Below, piece after piece: positions 25,476 to 38,090 of a stretch of DNA of 64,000 nt (position 1 is its first letter; each line of letters opens with the position of its first letter). Where the stretch lies: positions 93,000,001 through 93,064,000 of the forward strand of contig NC_043006.1 of the NCBI RefSeq assembly GCF_006345805.1, read 5' to 3'. Source of the DNA: Octopus sinensis (lineage: Eukaryota). The notes below the pieces were generated by a model. That model was given only the letters and a program-made list of their open reading frames with translations, ran no database searches and had not been told where the DNA came from. The position numbers and the translations under genes were made by a program.

Positions 25476-26554
25476 GTCAATAGTTATCATTTGAGTATTA
25501 AGGGTGACAAAACGATTGTACACACTCCATAATAGTTAAGAACAAAGCTAGAACTGATAAAATCACTTATAGTAATATAAAAAAAAACAAGAGTTAATAA
25601 AAGAAACTAAAATTTCACATTATGATAGGAGGAGGAATGACACCTTTTTGAAAAATATATACATGGGGCTCTCTTTAGTTACTGAAAAATGAGCCAATTT
25701 TGGAGAAAATGATGGTACAGATGATTGACCATCAAGAGATCTGGTAAAATAACTAAATGAAAACCTATCAATCTCACTATTCCTAAACCGGAATCGAAGC
25801 AAATTTATAGGTACGATTCTTGGTCTGTGCACAGCATAAAAGTAACATTTATTGAAAGAGAAACCTTAGTCATTACGTATAACAGGCCCCAGCTGCAGCA
25901 ACTGAAGGATTCGCAGCGTGTCAAGAACAAATTACATCTCAAAAATTGAAATATCAATACATTGGAACCCATTTCACCATTTATAAGACACAATTAATCT
26001 AGTGTATCTTGTCACAAGGAACGTCTGTGGACATGTAAAACCTATGATAGCTTCACAAACATGTCCACGATTTCCTAGAGTAGCTGTCGGTAAATGGATG
26101 TAAATATACCAGCACCTCTGAAATTATAAAAGGGTACAACACAAATTAGAATCTTACATAAAAATTTGTCATAGTTAACGAAATAATCATAAGAAAAGAA
26201 ATCATGAAATATGATTCTGATTGCATTCAAACAAATTGATTCGAAGCTTCCAGCATTTTAAGGCATAGAAAGAAAAATAGATCTAATGTGTATTTATAAA
26301 TTGTTCAAGAATCGTCTGCAGCTTGTTCCTGACGAATTATAATGTAGTTATTGTAGAAATAAGAAACCAGACAACAGAAAGCTTATCTAGTTGGGGAAGA
26401 GATATAAATTTCAGTTCTCGGTATATTGCACAGCAAACCTATCGAATTCTGTTTTTTAATTAAAATTCCAATTAGGAGTCAGTCTTTTTTCCCAAAGAAA
26501 CTTACAAAGAAACTTGATTTTGCAATAAGAAAATATTTGGCAAAAGACGCAAAT

Positions 26555-26721
26555 AGGTGTAGAAATGACTGTGTGGTTAATAAACTAACTTTGCAACGCG
26601 GAGGATTCTGGTTCAGTGCCAAAGTGCGGTACCTCAGGCAAGTGATATCTGCAATGGCCCCAATTCGATCTAAGTCTTTTGAGCGACTTTTAATAACTGA
26701 AAGTGTATGGAAGCTTGTGGA

Positions 26722-26786
<65 letters not shown>

Positions 26787-27003
26787 TGTGTGTGTGGATG
26801 TCTGTGTTTGCGTTTGTCCCGACCACATTAGTTGAGAACCAGTATAGCTCTGTTTACGTCCTCGTAACTGAGTGGTTCGGCAAGAAAGAGCACACAAATA
26901 ACACGCACTGGGATCGATTTATTCGAATAGACCCTTAAAGGCGGCAAGCCAGTATGGCAGTAGACCAGTTACTGGCACAAGTGAAGGGAAAAAGAGAAAA
27001 GAA
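26555..27003 (+). mobile_element. Full-length diverged OK-like SINE with internal (TA)/(TG) microsatellite
   Basis: Head GACTGTGTGGTT...GGTTCAGTGCC, internal microsatellite, body TTTACGTCCTCGTAACTGAGTGGTTCGGCAA, tail AAGGCGG...ACAAGTGAAGGGAAAAAGAG. Confidence 0.7.
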
Positions 27004-27446
27004 ATTCTAGTCTTAGAAGTTAAACCCGGGAAACTTACTGAGTATTATCAGAAAGAAAAGGATTGTAATATCAATCTCAGATAAAAATGAAAGACTGCTA
27101 TGCACGCACATTCCAAAACGCTGCGTTGATTAGAATTATACGGGAAACATTATTTGGTGAAATTCAAAATAGAAAACGCCATACTACAAGATGTGAAAGG
27201 AACGACCAGGGCAGAAATTTAGCATAACATAATCATACTTCTGAATGTGACATCGTTTAACAATCGCGAAATGACTGCAGCGATAGTCTACGCAATTCAC
27301 TCCTATGTTCCTATATATTTGTTTGTATGTAGGTTGTTTGTGTATACTCACGCATAATTGTTAATATCTAAAAATGCCTAAAAACAAAATTCATGGTGTG
27401 TTGTTGTTGCTGTGTGCGTAGTATCGGTTCATGGCCACCTGGTCGT

Positions 27447-27484
<38 letters not shown>

Positions 27485-27638
27485 TATATTTATAGAATAA
27501 GAGTAAATAATTTCTATAATGGTTTTTACAAAAAACCAACAACTGGTAGAATTCGGTATATAAATATAACCAATTAACGGTAGGAACTTCTGTAAAGTTC
27601 AGTATGCATATTGTATATAAATAAAAGGGGTTGGCACA

Positions 27639-27890
27639 GTTTATTTCTATTTTCTACAAGTGGGACTCCACACACGACATGTCCCTGTAATTCACACATG
27701 CAAAACAGAAGGAATAAATAACGAAAACAAAATATATATTCAATATATATTCAATATATTTATAATCTAGAAACATGTTCGCAAATGACCGCGAGACTTT
27801 GTTTTCGTTATTTAGTCCTTCTGTTTTGCATATGTGAATTACAGGGATATGCCGTATGTGGAGTCCCATTTGTAGAAAATAGAAATAAAC
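27639..27890. repeat. Imperfect inverted repeat (about 90 bp arms)
   Basis: 27639-27731 versus the reverse complement of 27798-27890. Confidence 0.9.
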
Positions 27891-27948
27891 AGTCTTGACT
27901 GCTATTTCTAACTTTTCGGTATGCGGCCAAGCAACGTGTTGCCTGCGC

Positions 27949-27980
<32 letters not shown>

Positions 27981-27981
27981 G

Positions 27982-28420
27982 ATGGTGGTGGCTGCCCCCT
28001 CGTTATGGAGTATGGCCATTGCACGAAGCTTAATCAATGTTGTTATCCTGCAATGCCTGTGTAAGAAGATTTTTTTTTAAAGTGAGGAAAGGCTGTGGAC
28101 TGAGTCAATCCCACTCACTAAGCAACAGCAGCCATAATCCGAAAAGAAGAACAAGTCAACATCATCGGTAACCACTGAGGCGCAGGTTTTATGTCGGAGT
28201 TATCCCAGTTACCTGAGTTACCTTCTCCTAGAAGGATGCCCTGACAAAGGCTAGAAGTCCTTCACTCCCCAATGGTTTCACCGCGTGATTGGGTATTCAG
28301 TCCGATTATTTCTATGTCCCCGCGCATGACATTTATTGGATGGCCGTTGACTCTCAAGAGTTCCTCCGCCCTTTGACGGGTTTTGTTTTTCATCCCGCGG
28401 GGTGTCCAATAAACTACCGC
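27982..28420 (-). mobile_element. RTE-related non-coding element (5'-region plus 3' tail)
   Basis: Minus strand has TAGCCTTTGTCAGGGCATCCTTCTAGGAGAAGGTAACTC (resembles RTE 5' regions) and ends GTGCAATGGCCATACTCCATAACGAGGGGGCAGCCACCACC. Confidence 0.45.
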
Positions 28421-29239
28421 CCTATATATATATGCGTGAGTGTGTGTGTGCGCGCGCGTGCGTGTGTGTGTATACATACGTACACACACATTTATGGATG
28501 ATTTAGCGAATCACTAGTGTGTATATGAATAATTAAGTTAGGCAGCGGTTTAGCAATGTATCATCAAAAAGGAAAACTATAATTGTCATTAAATATGACA
28601 GAAGTTGTTAAAACACCGCCAATGCAAGGAATATGAGCTAAAGTGCTCTGATTCATTTATGCATGTGCGCATACGTATGAATGCCTGGATAAACATCAGT
28701 TTCTATAGCGAATTTGTAATGATGTAAGACGACATAAGTGTATCGGTAAAACAAAAGTAAAACTAATAAATTAAAAGACAAATAGAAGATATGTAGATGA
28801 AAGGCGACCGGTAACTTAAAAATTAATGACCAGTAGAGTTGATAGAGGTCATGGAAAACCAAACGGCCGGAATGCATAATAAATAATGGAGATAAGAGAT
28901 AATTCAAAGAAACTAAAGACGCAGAGTCATAAAAAAGATGACACAGTGTTTTAACCATTCTTTGCAATTGTTTACTTTATTCTGTTCTAACCTATTGACA
29001 CACTTCATCCTTGTTTGTAAAAATCGTCTTTAGTTTTTTCTTGGTTTTCCTTTTATCTTTTTCTTATTCAAATAGCATTAATTTTATTATTCTTTTTTCC
29101 TTTTCTCTTACCACTATGAGTACCGTGAAAGTCGCCTTCACTCTGTTATTGTTTGTAAAGAATAAAAAGTTTTGAATGGTACAACAATGCACTATATTAT
29201 AGACAATGGACTCTATACCTGTTGTAATTTAACCATCCA

Positions 29240-29285
29240 TAGTCTGATATGATATTTCGGAATAATATTCCTTCTTCAGATATTC
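29240..29285 (-). ncRNA. Hammerhead motif downstream of PLE endonuclease ORF
   Basis: CTGAAGA-A-GGAAT[ATT]ATTCC-GAAA-TA[TCA]TA-TC; core intact, AUC triplet, stem I has two mismatches. Confidence 0.6.
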
Positions 29286-30075
29286 TTAGATGGAGTCGGC
29301 TTTTCTTTCTTATTTTGTGGAAGCGTCTCAACAGTGGTCTCACGATGCTCCTTCCGGAATTCCTCATGAGAAGTGTGTGAGGTAGGCCATGTCTTAATCT
29401 CGTGTGTGCTGGTACATCCGTAGCGCTGCTTCTAAGTTACGTATTAAACATGCAGCTTCCTTCTTGAATTTTTTCTACTCTTCTTTTTTTCTGTTATAAA
29501 CTACAGATGAGCATATAATCAAAAATGCACCCACACGCATCCAGATGTATCTAAATAATGTATGGATTACCAACCTCCAACTTGTTGTTCATTTGAGGCC
29601 CTAGTCTGTGTATGAGTATAGCTTCCTTAATACTTAAATTACCCAAATTTCTTTCATTGGCCTCAATTGTGACTGTTATGCTTTGGTCGGTGTTACGGCA
29701 TTTATCTAGATGTTTTCTAAAGGAGGAGGCTCTCGTGTTCAGATGTTCTTTGATGCGGACGTGTAACGGTCTTGTTCTGCTACCCAGATAGATCTTGTTG
29801 CATTTGTTACATTGTATTCTATACACAACATTTACCCGTTGGTATAAATCTGTGTCACCGATGGGACAGATTGTTTAATGTACATGGATTGTTGTCCCTT
29901 GTTCATGTCCTAGTGAGGTGTCCTCTCAGAGAGGGGCCGGAGTGGGCTAGTTGTACATTTAGCCCTCTTGATAATGATAACTTCTTAGACGGGATACAAA
30001 TGCTAGCTGTCGCTGTACAGTCGGTAATTATATCTGTTGATACTTTATTTTATCGACACCGGTTTTTCCTATAGG
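29240..30075 (-). mobile_element. Penelope-like element 3' part (GIY-YIG endonuclease plus pLTR)
   Basis: CPIGDTDLYQRVNVVYRIQCNKCNKIYLGSRTRPLHVRIKEH...LSIKEAILI (ORF 29551-29826). Confidence 0.9.
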
Positions 30076-30096
30076 CACAATGCATAAATTCCAGTT

Positions 30097-30114
30097 TAAT
30101 TATCATTATTATTA

Positions 30115-30172
<58 letters not shown>
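30097..30172. repeat. (TTA)n tail/target of the Dong LINE
   Basis: Direct reading. Confidence 0.95.
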
Positions 30173-30174
<2 letters not shown>

Positions 30175-33100
30175 TATGTTTGACTTTTGCTTTATGTCTG
30201 TACAAGTTGGCTCCAAGTCTCACCCAGAGACCTCAAGAGACAACAGGTTGGAGTTCTGTGCCATATATTTGGGTTTTTTTTCCCCTCTTCTCTTTTTTTT
30301 TGGTGTTGTACTAGTGAATGTCTAATACATTAAAAAAATTAAAATAAAAAAAAAATTAAAATAAATAAAAAAAAGTTTGTTTTAAACCTTGGGATTACAT
30401 AGAGAGTATTTTGCGTAGGATATGAGCAGTTCCCATGAGCACTATCTTTTGAATTTCTGCCATTTTGGGGTTTCCTGGTATCTGAGTTAGGTAGCAATCA
30501 GTCCCTTTCGCCATCATTCCCAGGGCACCTATGACAACAGGTATTGTTTTAGTCTTCAGCTTCCACATTTTGCTGATTTCTATTTCAAGATCTTTATATT
30601 TGCTTAGTTTTTGGTAGGTCTTGACAGATACGTTTATATCGATTGGGACAGTCATATCAATGAGGAGGCATGTTCTTTGTCTGAAGTCTTTCAATATAAT
30701 GTCTGGCCTATTTGTATCTATCTTCCTGTCAGTTTGAATGGTGAAGTTCCAGAGGAGTGAGATGTGGTCATTTTCAAGCACAGGAGGTAGATTGTGTTCC
30801 CACCTGTTTTTTTCATGGGGCAAATCCAGGTTTTTGCAAATTACCCAGTGAATATATTTGTGCAGCTCTATCATGCCTACTGAGGTACTCTGTAGGCGCT
30901 AGAAGACTGCATTTGGAGACAACATGGTCAATGGTTTCATTTTGTTGTCGGCATACACGACATGTTGGGCTACTGCCGTTCTTTAATATCTTGACCTGGT
31001 AGTTTCTTGTTGGCAGGCATTGATCTTGAGCTGCTATGATAAACCCCTCTGTTTCAGATTTTAAGCCAGAGGCCATTAGCCATTGATGGGTCAGGGCTTT
31101 GTCGATATCTGCATTATTCGCTCTCTTTGGGTATTTGCCATAGAGAGGTTTTTCTTGCCATTTATTATTCAGAATATCTAAGGCCGCAGTCTTGGCACGG
31201 GTTTTCATGCGCCTAGCTTTTTCTGTGCTTGTTTCTTGTATATCTATCTCTAATTCCGAAATTGGTTGTATTCGGAATTCACTTAGATATTCCTTTGCCT
31301 GTTTTGTGACTGAGTATGATGTTTTCTTGTTTTCATGCTTTGAGACAAGTTTTAACATCCAGTCCTCAGAGTTTTTCAGGTAGGTGTCTAGGCCAATTGT
31401 AGCAATCTTCATTGTTATTGCCGGTTGCAAAAGACCACGGCCTCCCCCTTTTCTTGGCAGATAGAGTCGTTCTGTATCTGCCTTAGGGTGGTGCATTCTA
31501 TGCATTGTCAACAGTTTCCTTATTTTCTGTCGAGCTGACATATTTCAGTAATTGACCAGTTAACAATATTGAAACTGTAAGTCACGACTGGTATGGCTAA
31601 TGCATTGATCGCTTCGATCCTGCTTTTTGCATTCAGCTGTCTTGAGTATTGCTCTCACTTTTCGATAGCATTCTCTCCTGATCCTTTCCTTCATCTCTGA
31701 ATGCCTTATTCCGTTCCCTTCAATTGCCCCTAGGTACTTGTAGCTCTCCGCTGGGTCTAGTTCTTTTATGACATTCTGCTGGTCAAGGTTAACGTTGGAT
31801 GTTTATGTCATTTTTCCTTTGATAAAGGTAGCCTTTGCACATCTATCAAGGCTGAATTGCATTCTGATGTCGTCACTGAATTGTTTGACTATCGCTAGTA
31901 AGCCCTTGAGTTGTTGGTCATTTTTTGCAAAAAGCTTTAAATCATCCATGTAAATGAGATGATTTATATTTTTATCAAACATTTTATACCCGTACTGCGC
32001 GTCATGGAGCAGCTTTGAGAGAGGTATTAAGGATAAACAAAAGAGGAGTGGTGACAGTGAGTCACCCTGGAAAATGCCACACGAAATCTTTATATCACCC
32101 GCATTTAGGGATTCATTGTCACTGTTCAGAGTTAGTGTGGTTCTCCATGATCTCATACTTACAGTCAAGAAGTTTCGCAGAGTAGGTGCTATCTTATACA
32201 TTTCCAGGCATTTCCTAATCCAGCTATGTGGTAGGCTATCAAAAGCCTTTTTATAGTCTATCCAGGCTATTGATAAGTTTTTGTGTCGTTTGTGACAATC
32301 TTCTAAGATCATCTTATTGATGAGTAGTTGGTCTTTACAGCCGTAGGATCCACGTTTACATCCTTTCTGTTCATTAGGGAATATGCTGCTGTCTGTTAAA
32401 AAACTATAGGTATATTCCGTCAGGAGAGATGTTAGTGTTTTGTACATAGTTGTTAAGCAGGTTATGGGTCTATAGTTTTTTGGTTCATTTGTTTCTTCAC
32501 TTTTTGGAAGCAGGAATGTTAACCCATTAACTAGCCAAGGAGGCATCCTACTAGGGTGTTGCAAAACATCATTGTACAGTTCTGTTAGCAGTTCATGGCT
32601 CTCTGGGAAGGCATTCAGCCAGAAGTTAGGAATTTTATCATTTCCTGGAGACTTCCATTTGCTTGACCTCCTGAGAGCATATCTTATATCTTCTACCTTG
32701 ACACCCTCCCACTTTTGCTCTTCTAAGGGCTCCAGTTCTGTAGATATTCTGTCAATCCAGGGGGCCTTTTCGTTGTATGTTTTTTCTTCTGCCCAGATTT
32801 TATTCCAAAATCCCTGCACTTCTTCTTTTGATGGTACAGGCCTTGCAGTAAACGCTGTTTTTCCTATCTTCCTGTAAAAATTCTTGGTGTTATTTTTGAA
32901 CATGTTGTTGTCCTTGAAAAATCTAACACGCTTTTCATACCTCGCTATGCGGGCAGCTTTAGCAGATACCTTTTGTTTGATGGTTTCTATGGTGGCATCA
33001 ATATCAAGTATAGTTTTCATATTGTATTTTTCAGTAATTTTGGGGTTTTTGTAGGTTTGGTAGTCTTGTGAGCCTTAAGGTTTTTCAAATATTCAATGTC

Positions 33101-34328
33101 AGATCTAAATATTTTAATTTGTTGTTGCAGACGCTCTTGCCAAGAAGGCTTTTTGTGGGAATGTTGCCGTTTTCTAATCTTTACACCACATAGGATCGTT
33201 GAGATTTTCGCGGATGCATAGTATAGGTGGTTGAGGTTTGTGATATCAACATCATTAGCTGAAATTATATCCTTAAGTGCAAGCCGGATTTTACCAATTA
33301 TTTTCATGTTTTGGTTAGAGTTGCGGATTTTAGGAAGTGTATCACGTTCATCCATGCTGGTTTCTTTAATTTTCAGCCATTCAATCATGATTTGATTTTT
33401 TAGCTCATGTAATTCTGTTGGGTCAATATTTGTGTGACTTTCTTTATCTATTTGATGCTCATCTGTCTTAGTGTTTATGATTGGTTCAGTGAGTATTTCA
33501 CTTTGCCTATCACTTATACTAACTCTTTCAATCCTCTCTTCGTTTTTATCAGCCCTGGGCTGGTCTATAATTATTTCCTCTGTATTATCTTCTCTAGCTG
33601 CAGCTTCGTTCATTTTATCCGATATTGCTTGTCTAACCTGATCAATCTCTACTTCAGTCAGTAATTTGTTTTTTATAATGTTTCTTCTGACGTTGGCAAG
33701 TTTGTTACTGTCTATGTAGGGTCTTACTTCAGGGTGTTTCTGTCTCCAGTTTAAGTATGCTTGTACAGTGCTAGACTTATCTATGGGGAAATATATGGCA
33801 TGGTAGAAGGCCTCAAGAACTTCTTTATTATCTTCCCTAGATCATTTCTCTTTCTTTTTCTTTTGATTATTTGGTGATGAGCATGGATGGCCATCTGTTG
33901 GAATATTCCGGTTGTGGGGTACGTCCAGCTCCTGTGTGTTGGGAAGATTTGATCCAGTAGCTGATTTTTCAATCAGAATTTGGTTCAATTTTCGGGTACG
34001 TGGTCTTTTGTAATCCGCGCAATGACCAATGCGGTTTATTGTTTGATTTGTTGACCTTGAAGCATGACGAGCATCCATTCTTATATTAGGAGATGGATCT
34101 GTCAGTTTAGGGTTCTCTACATGTAAGCATTGCTCATAGCGCAGCTTTTTAAGACTAGCAGATCTATATTCGTCTGTATTTTTTTTTGTTGATAGTTTTA
34201 TCTCCGAACATTTTTTTTCCTCCTCTTCCTTTCTTCAAGGCTCACTCTGTCTGTATTAGTTCGAAATAATGAGAATAAAATACGGAGAAGGAAACGAAAA
34301 GAAAGGGAAAAAGGGGAGATCTGTCAGT
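30173..34328 (-). mobile_element. Near full-length R4/Dong-clade non-LTR retrotransposon (RT + CCHC + restriction-like endonuclease), inactivated
   Basis: ATG 34078; N-terminal K*SREDN...NKLANVRR; RT KSPGND, YRPITCL, QKGC, IDYKKAFDS, GIFQGDSLSP, YMDD; CRVC...DHVVSKC; RPD...LIDM...KLSKY. In-frame stop at 33842 and several frameshifts. The 5' end position is inferred. Confidence 0.95.
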
Positions 34329-35062
34329 TATTATTGTTATTACTATCACCTTCACCACCATCACCATCATCAGCAACATCACCATCACCATCTCATCATC
34401 AATGACATTGTTTTATGTGTAGCCACAGCCACCATCAACACTCCATTGTGTGGGAGAATGGTTGGTTAAAGAATTCATGTTCTTTGGGTCTATAAATAGC
34501 TACGGTAGATGGTGGAGACAAAGGACGTTAATGGTCAGTAAAAGGTCAAACCTGTTTACATTTATTTATTTATTTATTTTTTATTATTTTTTTTCCTTTC
34601 TCTTTTCTTCCTCTCCACATGTATATGTATATGTATACTAACTCACACATATTATCTGATGCTTTCGTCGATGATTTTTTTTTTAAAATAACTTTCTGAG
34701 TTCAGTGTTATGTATATATTTTTTAAATTTCTGAATTCAGTTGTATGTATATAGTAGTAGGTGCTTAATTCCATAACTTTTTATCGTGCATTTAATTGTG
34801 TTGTTACAATAAAAGGTAATTTAAAAGGCAATTTTACACATTCTTATAGTCATGAGAGACGACTAAATGTAAATGTTCACACAGAATTGGAGATATTTAT
34901 GTTTCTAATTTTTCTTGTTAGGTGTACGTTTGTATGAGCTGTAGACATGTAAGCTTTTTTAAACTTATTTTGAGGGAAATTCAAATTACTTACAGAAAAC
35001 AGATCTTCCAGTTTTCTACAGTTGTTTTTTTCAGTCGTCCTGCTGGGTTCGCTGTTGCCAGT

Positions 35063-35166
35063 TCAGAGCATCGTAAAAATACATCCATCTTCCGTCACGT
35101 CCAGCCGCCTTCTCTCAGAGCATCGTAAAAATACGTCCATCCTCTGTCACGTCCAGCCGCCTTCTC
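35063..35166. repeat. 52 bp tandem duplication
   Basis: 35063-35114 and 35115-35166 are near identical; the pair abuts (TTA)n. Confidence 0.9.
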
Positions 35167-35235
<69 letters not shown>

Positions 35236-35910
35236 TATGTTTGACTTTTGCTTTATATTTGTACAAGTTGGTTCCAAGTGTCACCCAGAGACCTCAAGAG
35301 ACAACAGGTTGGAAGTTCATGTTGTTATGCCTAGTGTGCCATATATTTGGGGGAGGGGAGTTTTTGGTGTTGTACTAATGAATGTCTAAAAAATAAATTT
35401 TTTTTTTTTTTAAACCGAACATTATGTTTGTTTTAAACCTTGAGATTACATAGAAAGTATTTTGCCTAAGATATGAGCAGTTCCCATGAGCACTATCTTT
35501 TGAATTTCTGCCATTTTTGGGTTTCCTGGTATCTGAGTTAGGTAGCTATCAGCCCCTTTTGCTATCATTCCCAGGGCACCTATGACAACAGGTACTGTTT
35601 TAGTCTTCAGGTTCCACATTTTGCTGATTTCTATTTCAAGATCTTTATATCTGCTCAGTTTTTGGTAGGTCTTGACAGATACGTTTATATCGATTGGAAC
35701 AGTCATATCAATGAGGAGGCATGTTCTTTGTTTGAAGTCTTTCAATATGATGTCTGGCCTATTTGCATCTATCTTTCTGTCAGTTTGAATGGTGAAGTTC
35801 CAGAGGAGTGGGATGTGGGGGTGGTTTGTGTTCCCACGAGTTTTTTTCATGAGGCAAATCCAGGTTTTTGCAGATTACCCAGTAAATATATTGTGCAGCT
35901 CTATCGTGTC

Positions 35911-35956
<46 letters not shown>

Positions 35957-35957
35957 A
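35166..35957 (-). mobile_element. 5'-truncated Dong LINE copy flanked by (TTA)n on both sides
   Basis: ORF 35446-35850 is nearly identical to the RLE region 30395-30874; TTA tracts at 35166-35233 and 35910-35957. Confidence 0.95.
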
Positions 35958-36323
35958 CGACCTTTCAGTACTTGACTGGTAATTTATATTATTATCACTG
36001 ATCCCCAGCCCTACCCACTATAAGAATGAAAGGCAAATGAAATAATAATTTCTTCACACTAATGAGTGAAGGTCGCAGACTTAGGCAAAGGCTCTTTTTT
36101 CTCAATTCGTCGCAAATCTACTTGATTTTGTTGAGCCACCCTTTCCCACCCTTGCATTGATTGCGATGAAGAATGCGTTCTATTATTGTTGTTAGTGCTA
36201 TTGTTTTAGTACTAATTTTGTAATTGTGTTTGTGTCCCTCGGAATCTGATAATTTGATTGGTGGAAAGTAATGTGTATCGTATATCCAGAAAATTCAGAA
36301 AAATCCAACAGGACTTAATCACA

Positions 36324-36374
36324 TTCGAGCCGATGAAGCGCCTGTACACAGGTGTTACTGAAAAATATTCAAAT
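36324..36374 (+). ncRNA. Decayed hammerhead-like motif
   Basis: CCGATGA-AGCGCCTG[TACA]CAGGTGttaCT-GAAA; stems III and I are degenerate. Confidence 0.4.
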
Positions 36375-36404
36375 AAACAGTAATAATGCCTGAAATTTGT
36401 GGAA

Positions 36405-36871
36405 AGGTGTATATCGACCAGTATATGACTGGTTTTTAATTTGCCGACATTGAAAAGACGAAAGGCAAAGCAGACCTCGGCGTAGTTTGAACTCAGAACG
36501 TAGCGGCAGACGAAATACCTATTGCTTAACTACCCGCAAGGGGCTAAGCACAGAGAGGACAGACAAACGGATTAAGTCGATTATATCGACCCCAGTACGC
36601 AACTGGTTCTTAATTTGCCGACACTGAAAAGACGAAAGGCAAAGCAGACCTCGACGTAGTTTGAACTCAGAACGTAGCGACAGACTTTATTGCTTTACTA
36701 CCCACAAGGGGCTAAGCACAGAGAAGACAAACAAGGACAGACAAACGGATTAAGTCGATTATATGGACCCCAGTATGCAAATGGTACTTATTTAACCGAC
36801 CCCAAAAGGCACACGAAATACCGCTAAGCATTTCGCGCGGCGTGCTAACAATTCTGCCAGCCCACCGCCTT
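36405..36871 (-). mobile_element. Tandem array of three partial SINE units (Nin/Deu-like central domain family)
   Basis: Repeated GAAAGGCAAAGCAGACCTCG...GAACTCAGAACGTAGC and GGGGCTAAGCACAGAG...TAAGTCGATTATAT blocks; tRNA-like head at the right end. Confidence 0.85.
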
Positions 36872-36989
36872 TCAATTAAATTGTAATAGTAAACAACGAA
36901 CTTAAAGCTGGTGCCCGGTGCAGAAAACAAAAATGTTAGGGTCCACCATTAAAGCTGACATTGTCCATCCTCGTCTTACATTTTCCTTA

Positions 36990-37300
36990 CACACACATAC
37001 TTATATATATATAAGTATGTGTGTGTATGGATGTTTGTGTATGTATGTATATATATGTATATATGTGTGTGTATGTATGTATGTATGTATATATATATAT
37101 GTATATATATATATATGTATGTATATATATGTATATGTATATGTATATATATGTATGTATATATATGTATATATATGTATGTATATATATATGTATATAT
37201 ATATATATATGTATATATGTGTGTATGTATGTATATATGTGAATATATATATATATATATATGCATTTGTGTGTGTTTGTATATTTATGAGTGAGTATTA
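36990..37300. repeat. Degenerate (TA/TG) microsatellite
   Basis: Direct reading. Confidence 0.9.
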
Positions 37301-37779
37301 TATCTGAATCAATGAATAATATATCACCGGTGTATCCAGTATCATTACGGTTTAGACTCAGTGAGAAATATAGTCATTTTAATATCATGCAGTTATTTAT
37401 GGAATTTTTGTATATCTCGCCAACATAACTACTTAAAAATTAGTTGAAAGTTTGCTCCAGCGAATGTTTCAGCGAAGAATCCATTGCGGGTAATTTCGAA
37501 AAGAATTATTTTAAGATATATAGATATGCTAAAAATATGAAATAAAGGATAATTAACAAATCGCCGTGTACGTCAGACGCCCCGACGCCAAGTGATTGAT
37601 TGAAAAATCGATTGTTACGTAAATACCTTTATATCTATAGATAAATATATAACTTAATATATCTGAAAATCGGCAAAACACTATTTCTGAGCTATTCATA
37701 GTTTTATATCAGAAACAAAGAAAAAACAAACAAATATATACCACACAATATACAAACAATAAGACACACATGCATATAC

Positions 37780-37882
37780 ACATATGTAGCTATACACATA
37801 TATAGATACATATGTGCATATATATATGTCCGTATGTGTACATACATATATATATATACGTATGTGTATATACATATATACG

Positions 37883-37943
<61 letters not shown>

Positions 37944-37982
37944 GTATGTATATATATACGTATGTATATATATATATATATG

Positions 37983-38059
<77 letters not shown>

Positions 38060-38090
38060 TCACACACATGTGTATGTATATAGACATAGA
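37780..38090. repeat. Degenerate (TA)n microsatellite
   Basis: Direct reading. Confidence 0.9.

Noticed and set aside
33842-33844. In-frame TGA in the Dong ORF as possible selenocysteine or readthrough
   Set aside because: It sits where a conserved Trp is expected (K-W-S-R-E), and the element has other disabling frameshifts, so TGG-to-TGA decay is simpler.
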